Below, in pieces: positions 34,971 to 43,624 of a stretch of 64,000 bases of DNA; the stretch's first letter is position 1, and every line of letters starts with the position of its first letter. The notes beneath the pieces were generated by a model that saw only the letters and a list, made by a program, of their open reading frames with translations, had not been told where the DNA came from and ran no database searches. Origin of the DNA: a virus (lineage: Duplodnaviria; Caudoviricetes). Position numbers and translations under genes: made by a program. The stretch lies in the IMG/VR virus record IMGVR_UViG_3300031965_000023, positions 1,362-65,361 of that record. One strand, 5' to 3'.

Positions 34971-37194
34971 ATGGCTGCTCCTGGGAATTTTGGTGTTTAA
35001 GTTATTGGACACCTAAAAGTCAGTGGAATGCTGGAAACCTGAGAATGCTTCTCTACCAAATTGGTGACAATGAGAAAGACGCAGGCAATCAGCAGGAAAG
35101 GAAGTTATGAAACCCTCCTCAGAGACTAATGTACTGACCCCCCAAACACGAATTAATGTTCGTGACATTGCATATATAGCGGGATTCATCGACGGAGAAG
35201 GAACGATTAGTGGTACAATTGCGAGTAGTGGTCAACTAGATATTATTGTAACTGCCGCAAATACATGTAAAGAAACTTTAGTCTGGATTCAGAGTAAAGT
35301 TGGTGGAATGCTTTACAATCATAATCGTTCTAATGTAAAAATTCGATGGAAACCTGGGTATATTTGGCGGTGTAGTTCGATCAATAGAATTGAATTACTC
35401 AAGCGCCTTATCCCACACTTGAAGCAAAAACAAAAACAAGCACACAAAGCTCTAGCGATTCTTGGCATGATAAAAACAGGACAAGCAAAAGATCGAATAG
35501 AGCGAGCTATCCAACAACTTCAAGCGATGAATAAAAGGGGAAGATAGAGTCCACGCCAATAGCGATATTGGATTAACGTGATAAATTCGGTGTTACTCCG
35601 GGGGCTGGTGTAAATCGTGAAGATCTTTTAGATCAAATCACAAACGTGGATAAAACAAGGGTCCACGGAAATGTCCGATAAATAGCCTTGGGACACTCCC
35701 TCAATTACTCGGGGGAGAATAAAAACTGCTATATGCTGGAACCCTGTGAATCCAATCTTCCGAGTCGGAACGACCGGGAAAAGAGAAAGGTGCAGGTAAT
35801 CAGCAGGAAAGGCTTTCAAGAATGAAAGAATCCTCAGAGACTAGTACGCAGTTCTCTAAAAGACGTATCAACGTCAGAGATGCAGCTTATCTAGCAGCAA
35901 TGTTAGATGCAGAAGGTTACATTTCTGGCGCGGAAAGATCTAAACGAGAGAATCGTAGTGCAGATGCTCAACTTATGGTGAGAATTTGTAATACTTCTGT
36001 CGTATTGCTCAATTGGTTAAAATCTACATATGGTGGAAGAGAAAGATGGCGGGAACCTAGAATGTGGGGGAAAAAGAGGTTTTATGAATGGGAACCTCTC
36101 CCCGAAGATAGATACCACATTTTCAAAGCGATTCTTCCACATTTAAAGATTAAACGTGATCGAATGCTTTTAGCGATAGGATATCTCAATTCACAACGAT
36201 CAGGTTTACCTGTTGAACAACGAAGAAAATTTATCCGAACGATACAAAAGTTGAATAAGAGATGATACAGTCCATTCCTAGTTGCGAAATTAGGGGAGAT
36301 GGGGTAACGCAAGCGCCTAAAGTACAGGCGAACCACGTGTATCATGAGTGGCTAAAAGACACTCTTGGTACTGTAGACACATCTGGTGATATCGAAGGTG
36401 ATGATTACGCCTATGATCCAACAGACACACCAACCCGTGAGTTTAACATCACAATGATTCTCCGGCAGGACTTAGGAGTTTCTGAAACACAGCGGGCAGT
36501 AAACCCGGCTGGCTTCAAAGACGCCTATGCCTACGAGATTCAAAAGGCAACAAAACGACTAGCAATCAAGCTCGAAAAAGTTGTATTCGCTGCAACAACT
36601 AGCGCAACTGGCTTCACTGCCACCGCTCGTCAGATGAAGAGTTTCCAAGACTTCATCGTAACGAATACTGCGTTTGCAGGAGCAAAAACCGGGACAGTCC
36701 CGGGTACTGCTACCACTGACGGTGTGCTTGATTCGTCTGACTTCAATGGGCTTCTACAAACTATTTATACTAATGGTGGGAATCCCGAGCAGGTATATGT
36801 ATCTCCTGCTGTGAAGCGGCAAGTCAGTTCGTTCACAGTTACACAGCAAAATCGAAATATTGCTGCCATCGACAAGCGACTGGTTTCGGCCATCGACTTC
36901 TATGATAGCGATTTCGGTCTAATTCAGATTGTACTCGACCGTTGGGTACCGGAAAGCACAAATACCACAACTGCAACTGCTTCGGCAACTGCAACTGGTG
37001 GTCAAATGTTCTTCCTACAACGTTCGATCAATCGGCTGGCGTGGCTTCGACCGATGCAGCACTTCCTTGTTGGGAAGCGTGGTGACTCGGTGGCTGGTAT
37101 CGTTGTTGGCGAAGTAACGCTGGAAGTTCTCAACGAGAAGGCTAACGGTCGTATGCGCTCAGTAAACAACAAGAATACTGTCGCGGGTACGTAA
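34971..37194 (+). CDS. major capsid protein (DUF5309/SU10-type), spliced: join(34971-34998, 35581-35651, 35686-35701, 36302-37194), 335 aa
   Basis: Joined exons total 1008 nt and read MAAPGNFGVYKFGVTPGAGVNREDLLDQITNVDPWDTPWVTQAPKVQANHVYHEWLKDTL..., matching the family pattern NREDL.D.I.N..P.DTP....K.......HEW..D.L. Confidence 0.9.
34999..35580 (+). mobile_element. group I intron 1 of capsid gene
   Basis: P1 GGTGTTT/GGACACC with U.G at the splice site; P3 GTCAGT/ACTGAC; P4 TGCTG/CAGCA; P7 GAGACT/AGTCC; P9 CCAATA-GCGA-TATTGG; P9.0 ACG/CGT; ends in G. Confidence 0.93.
35107..35547 (+). CDS. intron-encoded single-motif LAGLIDADG homing endonuclease
   Basis: IAYIAGFIDGEG; lies in the P8 region of intron 1. 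Confidence 0.93.
   Translation: MKPSSETNVLTPQTRINVRDIAYIAGFIDGEGTISGTIASSGQLDIIVTAANTCKETLVWIQSKVGGMLYNHNRSNVKIRWKPGYIWRCSSINRIELLKRLIPHLKQKQKQAHKALAILGMIKTGQAKDRIERAIQQLQAMNKRGR
35652..35685 (+). mobile_element. 34-nt core-less group I-type mini-intron (intron 2)
   Basis: IGS CAAGG-GTCCACG is complementary to the ligated junction CGTGGAT|CCTTG with U.G at the 5' site; terminal G; in-frame TAA; removal restores NVD|PWDTP. Confidence 0.82.
35702..36301 (+). mobile_element. group I intron 3 of capsid gene
   Basis: P1 CTCCCT/GGGGAG with U.G; P10 TTACTC/GGGTAA; P3 ACTGC/GCAGT; P4 TGCTG/CAGCA; P7 GAGACT/AGTCC; P9 CCTAGTT-GCGA-AATTAGG; terminal G at 36301. Confidence 0.93.
35822..36265 (+). CDS. 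intron-encoded single-motif LAGLIDADG homing endonuclease
   Basis: AAYLAAMLDAEG; N-terminus paralogous to the intron 1 ORF. Confidence 0.92.
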   Translation: MKESSETSTQFSKRRINVRDAAYLAAMLDAEGYISGAERSKRENRSADAQLMVRICNTSVVLLNWLKSTYGGRERWREPRMWGKKRFYEWEPLPEDRYHIFKAILPHLKIKRDRMLLAIGYLNSQRSGLPVEQRRKFIRTIQKLNKR

Positions 37195-37213
37195 GATTCA
37201 AAGTAACCAATGG

Positions 37214-37247
37214 GAATGGGGGCTAGTTTGCTGGTCCCCATTCTTTT
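37214..37247 (+). terminator. intrinsic terminator after capsid gene
   Basis: GAATGGGGGCTAG-TTTG-CTGGTCCCCATTC then TTTT. Confidence 0.8.
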
Positions 37248-37259
37248 CATGGAGATAGT

Positions 37260-37505
37260 ATGACAAGAGCAGGTAGGATTAAAGATGGAAGCACACCCAC
37301 CCGAGTGGATGGAGTGAACCAAGAGAATCAAGGTGCTTTCCATGGGAATACTCTCAGTGAATTAGCAGCACAGGAAGTTTATCCGATCACTGAAGGTGTT
37401 TCTGTAGAGTCACAAGACGGTAATGATGGCAAGGAAAATGGAACTCAACCAACTTTTGCTATGCCACCGTTTGCCAATGGGCGCGATATGCGCTCAGGGA
37501 GATAA
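37260..37505 (+). CDS. small disordered head-module protein
   Basis: 81 aa with RBS. Confidence 0.5.
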   Translation: MTRAGRIKDGSTPTRVDGVNQENQGAFHGNTLSELAAQEVYPITEGVSVESQDGNDGKENGTQPTFAMPPFANGRDMRSGR

Positions 37506-37506
37506 T

Positions 37507-37725
37507 ATGGGTTACATGAATCCGTCCCACGATATTTTTCATAAGCCGGGAGATGAAGGATCATGCCCGCCTGAGACAACTGAATCTATTCAAGGAAAGT
37601 CGTACCCAAATGGTGATCAATCTGCTCCGATGGTAGGAGAAGTCACATTACCAGACCAAGGTGATCAACGTCATATGAGTGGTGGATCGAAATCTGATCC
37701 GACACCAGCAATGCCGGGAGCGTAA
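37507..37725 (+). CDS. small disordered head-module protein
   Basis: Start at MGYMNPSH. Confidence 0.5.
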   Translation: MGYMNPSHDIFHKPGDEGSCPPETTESIQGKSYPNGDQSAPMVGEVTLPDQGDQRHMSGGSKSDPTPAMPGA

Positions 37726-37726
37726 T

Positions 37727-37960
37727 ATGGCAAAACGGAAAAGTCCTACTGATATTGCAGTTGGACGAGCAGGAAATTATGCCGCTCCAATTGATTACTC
37801 TGGAGTGGACAAATCGATGGAACATGAATTAAAAGGATATCCTCAGCGGCCGGGAGAGTCTGATAGTTCTTACATGAAACGACAACGAACAAGAGTAAAT
37901 GTAGCCCGGCGAGTAAAGGGAGTTTCACCTTTGAAGAAACAAAAAGGAATGGCAGGATAG
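37727..37960 (+). CDS. small basic protein
   Basis: Start at MAKRKSPT. Confidence 0.45.
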   Translation: MAKRKSPTDIAVGRAGNYAAPIDYSGVDKSMEHELKGYPQRPGESDSSYMKRQRTRVNVARRVKGVSPLKKQKGMAG

Positions 37961-37962
37961 TT

Positions 37963-38403
37963 ATGGCTGATGCTGGTATCAAAATCAACCGGATCAAAGC
38001 AAAGAATAAACATCACATGCAAGTGCTTGGGGATGTTGTGAATCCTCAAGTCTTGCATGAACGTGTTCCTCGTCTTGCAGAAGTAGCAGAAGCGCGAGTC
38101 CAACATCGAAATCTTAGAAATGAAATCCAACAATGGGGAAAGTTTACTCGAAGTTCGGGATTTACACCTGATAGAAGCCTTCAGTATGTAGCTCAAATTG
38201 ATCAATCAATTTGGAGTGCAATTTTAGAAGTTTTTGCACGATATCATCCTGAAACTGGTGAATTAATGGATGATGGACTCCTTTATACTGCTGATACAAG
38301 AGGAAACATCGTTATAAACCGAGATTTCTTTTATGCCCTTATTGATCATTTAGAGAAATCGGGATACCCATGTGATATGCGCGGTAAAACTAAGCTAACC
38401 TAG
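37963..38403 (+). CDS. hypothetical virion-module protein
   Basis: 146 aa. Confidence 0.55.
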   Translation: MADAGIKINRIKAKNKHHMQVLGDVVNPQVLHERVPRLAEVAEARVQHRNLRNEIQQWGKFTRSSGFTPDRSLQYVAQIDQSIWSAILEVFARYHPETGELMDDGLLYTADTRGNIVINRDFFYALIDHLEKSGYPCDMRGKTKLT

Positions 38404-38414
38404 AAAGGGAAGCG

Positions 38415-39659
38415 ATGAAAACTAGAGATGATTTTTTCATTTATTCACCAAACATGGGAAGAGTTCAGAGCGCATGTAATTATTACCGGATTGAAGTCCC
38501 ACTCCGAGGACTTGAAAAACTTTATGGAGTAAAAACATTCGTTGATACAGGTGGATCGGTTGAAGATAGTATTAAGGGTGCGCTCTCTGCTGATATTGAT
38601 TTATTCTATTCAATGGTCGGGACAGACACGTTACACAAAGTAAATGTTATTCGAGAGATGAAACCTGGAATTATTGGTGATGGAACATTCCATTATCCAC
38701 CTTCTATTGTCTGGGACACAGATGATAATACTGACTTTGTTCATCCGATTAATACGTCATTCTGTTCTTTAGGTGTGCGGGCCTACCCTTCTCTAGAGAT
38801 ACTAAAGCCCCAAGAACAACTTGAGATTTTAGATGCTGAAGATAAAAAGATTAAGGTTTGGGAGGATATGGTTACATATCAAGATGGTGTAGTCTTTGAT
38901 ATCGCCCGGAATTTATTTAATATGAAAGTAAGACATGAAATTATCCGGGCAGTACACGGTGTTACAACTACAAATCCAGTTCTTGCAGATTACATAAAAA
39001 GAGTGATTAAACAAAAGAATGTCTATGTTTTCCCCAATACTGTTATTCCTGAGGATTATCCATCCTTCCCACTCATTCCTACAGATGAGATAAAAATCCT
39101 TTGGCAAGGCTCTATGTCACACTACATCGACTGGTACTCTCTCCGAGATGCAATTCGAGAAATCGCGACTAAATACCCGAAAGTTAAATGGGTTATGTAT
39201 GGAGAAAAATTTGATTGGGTAACAGATATCATCCCTCCCGAACAAATTGAACACATTCATTGGACACCATATCCAGCATATAAAATTCGTCGTGGGTTGA
39301 TCCAAGCGGCAATTAACCTCTGCCCTCTCGCAGACAATATTTTCAATAATTGTAAATCTGCGATCAAATGGTACGAGGGCTCGGTGTGGGAGAGACCAGA
39401 AGCAACGTTGGCTCAGAATGTCAAACCCTACAGCCTAGAAATGACGGACGGAGAAAATGGGTTACTCTTCTCTACACCACAAGAATTCGTAGAGAAACTT
39501 AGTCTCCTGATCGAAAATGAAGAACTACGAAAGAAACTTGGCACAAATGCAAAGAAGTGGGTTCTAGCGAATCGAACACCTGAAAAAACCATTCCCGGTC
39601 TTATGGAATTCTACGAAGAGTGCCGTGAGATTCGGAAGCGTGAGGCTGTATCAGCCTAG
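38415..39659 (+). CDS. GT-B fold glycosyltransferase (GT4-like)
   Basis: YYRIEVPL, VWDTDD, YVFPN, KILWQGS.SH, LCPLADNIFNNCKSAIKWYE, DGENGLL. Confidence 0.85.
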   Translation: MKTRDDFFIYSPNMGRVQSACNYYRIEVPLRGLEKLYGVKTFVDTGGSVEDSIKGALSADIDLFYSMVGTDTLHKVNVIREMKPGIIGDGTFHYPPSIVWDTDDNTDFVHPINTSFCSLGVRAYPSLEILKPQEQLEILDAEDKKIKVWEDMVTYQDGVVFDIARNLFNMKVRHEIIRAVHGVTTTNPVLADYIKRVIKQKNVYVFPNTVIPEDYPSFPLIPTDEIKILWQGSMSHYIDWYSLRDAIREIATKYPKVKWVMYGEKFDWVTDIIPPEQIEHIHWTPYPAYKIRRGLIQAAINLCPLADNIFNNCKSAIKWYEGSVWERPEATLAQNVKPYSLEMTDGENGLLFSTPQEFVEKLSLLIENEELRKKLGTNAKKWVLANRTPEKTIPGLMEFYEECREIRKREAVSA

Positions 39660-39667
39660 GAAAAATT

Positions 39668-40618
39668 ATGGCAATCACATTAAACGATATGGCTACCAGT
39701 GTTGCAAGAGCTATCGGTGGAGCAGACGATCCCCGAATTATCGTACTAGCAAAAGAAGCGATTAAAGCTTCTGTCCAAGACTGGAATACCGCTAAAAATT
39801 GGAATTTTTTACTGAGAGATACTTCTTTGGGTTTTCTTGTCACAGGAGTTGCATGGACAGGAAGTGTAACGACAATCATAGCCCCATCGAGTGGGGTATT
39901 CGACGGCGTAAATACTGGTGTATCTGTCACAGGAACCGGGATTCCCGCGAGTACTACAGTAGCAAGTTACACACGCGGAACGGACGGAACGATTACAAGT
40001 ATTGAACTCTCACAAGCAACAACTGGAACACAATCTAACGTAACTCTCACATTTGGTGCTAATATCCCGATCCAGTTAGACGTAGATGAGTATAATCTTC
40101 CAACCGATTTTAAATCGCCGTATGATGCAAGACTTTTAGGTGTCCATCGGACGCTTGTATACATTAAATACCGAGAATGGAATCTGAAAGTAGGGACACA
40201 GAGTACAAGAAGAGCAATTGAAGCATATACAGTATACAACCCGGTTAGCGCACTTACCCAAAATTATGGACAATACCGACTAAAAATATTTGGTGTTCCC
40301 GGGCAGACAGACACATTATTTCTTCAGTACTTCCGATCGATGAATCCAGACTCAACAAATGTTGATATCCCAATAGAGTACCAACGAAGACTTATTGACT
40401 ACGCGCAATGGCGACTTTTACGACTAAAGAATAGTGAAGATAGTCGTCTTCCCGAGTACCAGCAATTAGCCCGACAAGTTCTTTTAGAGGCTATGACTGA
40501 CGATGAAGAGATCGGAGACGCCGAAGACATCGGACTCAAGAGTCAGATGGAAACATGGGATGGTGATAAACCAGGGTGGTCAAATGGTGAATTCCATGCG
40601 ACACCATATACCTATTAG
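39668..40618 (+). CDS. putative head-tail adaptor / tail tubular protein A-like
   Basis: EAIKASVQDWN...WNFL, YNLPTDF; synteny. Confidence 0.55.
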   Translation: MAITLNDMATSVARAIGGADDPRIIVLAKEAIKASVQDWNTAKNWNFLLRDTSLGFLVTGVAWTGSVTTIIAPSSGVFDGVNTGVSVTGTGIPASTTVASYTRGTDGTITSIELSQATTGTQSNVTLTFGANIPIQLDVDEYNLPTDFKSPYDARLLGVHRTLVYIKYREWNLKVGTQSTRRAIEAYTVYNPVSALTQNYGQYRLKIFGVPGQTDTLFLQYFRSMNPDSTNVDIPIEYQRRLIDYAQWRLLRLKNSEDSRLPEYQQLARQVLLEAMTDDEEIGDAEDIGLKSQMETWDGDKPGWSNGEFHATPYTY

Positions 40619-40627
40619 GAGTGAGAC

Positions 40628-43624
40628 ATGCCTGCTGGTTTAATTCAAGAAACATTTGACGGGGGAGTTGTAACTAAACGCAATCCAACTATGCTTCGTC
40701 CTGGTGAGATACAGGAAGCGAGTGATTGCGTTTACCGAAAATTTGATCCCACGATCCATGGTGTCGCAGGTCGGACAGAATTTAATAGTTCTGCTATCTC
40801 TGGCACACCCGCGATAAAAGGACTAACACATTTAAGTTTTGATGAGGGAGACGATCTTCTAGTTGCTTATGCTGGTACTAACCTCTATGGTGCCTCGTTT
40901 ACCTCTTTATCTGGAAGCTTCACACAGATACAAGGAGTAGGAACATTAGAAAATGATGGGAGTGAAACTTTAGAAGTCGTGCATTTTAGTAATGCATATT
41001 ACCTTCTCCCAAGTAGAAATCGCCCCCGCCGAGTGTCGTACATTAACGCTCCGCGAACAACGAATACTAGTAGCACAATGGCGGGTGATGGTGTGACACT
41101 CACAACCACAACAGCCAATGGATTCGCAAATGTTATCGTAGGGCAATCAGTGACAGGGACAGGAATTATTGCTGGTGCAAAAGTACAAGTTAAAAATAGT
41201 ACAACATCTGTTACTCTCACTCCCGGGGGTTCAACTCCCGGTGCAATTGCTGACATTGTTTTCACAGAAGCCCTTATCACAGAGGCCAGAATCGCAGGGT
41301 TAGACCCTGTGAGTAAATTCATCTTAACACAAATTGTTGTAAACACGGGAACTGGTTCATGGAATTCTCAACTTGGTAATGGATTCTACTGGTTCCTCTT
41401 AACAGAGATGTATATTCCTGGAAAAATTGATGATATCAATACAGGATTTGTCGAGAGTGGGTTTACAGGAGAAATACAAAGAGCGCAAATCACAGATTAT
41501 ACGAATCAAAGTATCTCTATCACTTATGGGACAGCAACATTTCCATTTGTCAATTCTCTTGCGAATGATAGACTCCCTGCAACACACTGGCAAGTTTATA
41601 TGTCTGAAAAACAAGTTGACGGGACAGCAAAGCCGTCTCTTGCAACTTTTAAGCGAATTGGAGCACCGATTCCTGTCGCGACAACAACTGCCACACTTCG
41701 AGATGATGTCTCGAATGATGGTCCCAAGAATCCAACCGCACACGCTGACCTTAGTGGAGCAGGACGCTCAACGTTTGATAACCCACTTCTTGGTTATAAA
41801 CCACATGATAGCGGTGATTTCTTCGGGGGGATGTCGTCCACCGCAGCAGATGCGATCATTCTCCTGCGTGCATTTGGATTCGTGGGCACAGGAGCCGTGA
41901 CAGGTGTCACAGTCCGTGTTTATGGTCGAGCCGATCCTTCGGGGTCTGCAACTACTCGGGCTCACGGTTATGCTTATTTCCGCCGACAGGATCAAACAAA
42001 ACGAAGTCTCGCCCATCATTTTGAATTCACCCCGGATTGGACTACAGTAACATTTGGAGGACAATTCGATACATGGGGTGCTTCATGGACAGATGGAGAT
42101 TTTGCTGATGGTGCATTTGAATTAGTTATCGAGAAGGGAGCGTCTGCGGCTATCCAGCGATTAGTTGTCGATGGCGTAGACGTAACAATTCACTTCACTG
42201 GCACATCTGTTAACTTGAACGGCCTCCCCTTCCGAGTAATAACCTTTCGTTCGCAAGTTGGAATTACAGTATCGGATTCAGCAAATCTTCCAAACCCAGA
42301 GGCAACCACAGGAGATACATTCAACGGTTCGATTGTAACAAATTGGCGAGGGCACCCGAACGCTTTGCGTTACTCCCTCCCCGGCCTCCCCGAGTCATGG
42401 CCTTTGTCGTATGTGATGTATTTACAATCGAGAAAAAAAGATGAGGTCACATTTGTCCGAACTCTCTCTCAAGTTTTAATCGTCGGGCTTAGCTCTTCGA
42501 TCAAGCGAGTGAATTATCTCCCAACAGAAAATGATACTGATTTTACTTCAGGTCTTGCGCACGAGGACCTTGCGATTGATCATGGAATTGCAGGGCCACA
42601 CGCTGCTACACTTTTTGACATGGGCGGTGGTGGAGTCCTTCTTGCTTATGTTTCATATAAAGGGATTCACGTTACCGATGGTATCACAACGCGGTTCTTG
42701 AATATTGACTTGGACTGGGAGAATACAGTAGATGTGAATAATTTAGATACATGTATTCTACGAAATTATACAAAAGAAAATTGGCTTGTTTTATTTTACG
42801 CGCCTGCGGGCACATCACATGGTAAAAACACACGGGCTATAATTTTTTCATATAGTCCTGAAAAGATAAAAGATGGTGGGATGTTGCCCGCGATTGGACC
42901 AATGAAGGTCTCGGCTCGGTCAGCTGTTGAAGTCACATTAAATGGTGTCCCTTATTATTTGACGGGGCATCAAGCAACAGGAAAAGTATATGTAGAGGAT
43001 CAAGGGTTAACCCTCCCTGCTTCTTACACTGTTGCGAATTCGGCTGGCAGTGAAGCTGCAATCTCACTTACTCCACGAATTATTACTCGTAGGTTCTACC
43101 CTGCTGGTGTAGGACGACAAACACGGGAAGAAAGAACATACCTGCATTGTAATGCAGCAGGGGCATCGATTACTGCCGCGAGCAATACAACGATAGATTC
43201 TACAGCCGTTACCTCTAGTGCATTGTTTGGAAACGTTACTGTTGGGATGTTAGTCACGGGAACTGAAATTCTTCCAGGGACGATAGTCACAGCAAAAACA
43301 GATTCGAATAATATCACTATCTCGCAGGCTGCAATAGCTACGGGGACTGGTATTACGCTTACATTCACAAATGGAACGGTGTCCATCACAGTGCGTGGTC
43401 AAAATATTGGAGAAGTAATCACTCAACTGAACACTGGATATATTTCCACACAAATTGGTGGGTTAGTCAGGCTCCATCTTGATAATCTGAGACAAGCACT
43501 TGAACTTCAATTTGATAAGGTTCTGCTCCCGTCTGGTGCTCAACAATCGTTAAGTACAGGGATGCAGTTAAATTACTTCGCATATCTAGCAACAGATATG
43601 GGACAGGAGACAGATAGTGCGTAG
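40628..43624 (+). CDS. putative tail nozzle / tubular protein B-like structural protein
   Basis: 998 aa; TFDGG...NP.MLRPGE N-terminus; beta-propeller-like repeats; synteny. Confidence 0.6.
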   Translation: MPAGLIQETFDGGVVTKRNPTMLRPGEIQEASDCVYRKFDPTIHGVAGRTEFNSSAISGTPAIKGLTHLSFDEGDDLLVAYAGTNLYGASFTSLSGSFTQIQGVGTLENDGSETLEVVHFSNAYYLLPSRNRPRRVSYINAPRTTNTSSTMAGDGVTLTTTTANGFANVIVGQSVTGTGIIAGAKVQVKNSTTSVTLTPGGSTPGAIADIVFTEALITEARIAGLDPVSKFILTQIVVNTGTGSWNSQLGNGFYWFLLTEMYIPGKIDDINTGFVESGFTGEIQRAQITDYTNQSISITYGTATFPFVNSLANDRLPATHWQVYMSEKQVDGTAKPSLATFKRIGAPIPVATTTATLRDDVSNDGPKNPTAHADLSGAGRSTFDNPLLGYKPHDSGDFFGGMSSTAADAIILLRAFGFVGTGAVTGVTVRVYGRADPSGSATTRAHGYAYFRRQDQTKRSLAHHFEFTPDWTTVTFGGQFDTWGASWTDGDFADGAFELVIEKGASAAIQRLVVDGVDVTIHFTGTSVNLNGLPFRVITFRSQVGITVSDSANLPNPEATTGDTFNGSIVTNWRGHPNALRYSLPGLPESWPLSYVMYLQSRKKDEVTFVRTLSQVLIVGLSSSIKRVNYLPTENDTDFTSGLAHEDLAIDHGIAGPHAATLFDMGGGGVLLAYVSYKGIHVTDGITTRFLNIDLDWENTVDVNNLDTCILRNYTKENWLVLFYAPAGTSHGKNTRAIIFSYSPEKIKDGGMLPAIGPMKVSARSAVEVTLNGVPYYLTGHQATGKVYVEDQGLTLPASYTVANSAGSEAAISLTPRIITRRFYPAGVGRQTREERTYLHCNAAGASITAASNTTIDSTAVTSSALFGNVTVGMLVTGTEILPGTIVTAKTDSNNITISQAAIATGTGITLTFTNGTVSITVRGQNIGEVITQLNTGYISTQIGGLVRLHLDNLRQALELQFDKVLLPSGAQQSLSTGMQLNYFAYLATDMGQETDSA

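Noticed and set aside
35649-35688. Ribosomal hop (T4 gene 60 style) over the 34-nt insert, since GATAAA occurs at 35649 and 35677
   Set aside because: Landing on the second GAT AAA leads straight into TAG, and no stop follows the take-off codon. The P1/P10/terminal-G splice model restores the conserved NVDPWDTP exactly.
36262-36301. ORF-track start of the capsid (MIQSIPSCEIRGDG)
   Set aside because: This is intron 3 P7/P9 sequence; the true N-terminus is in the upstream exons.
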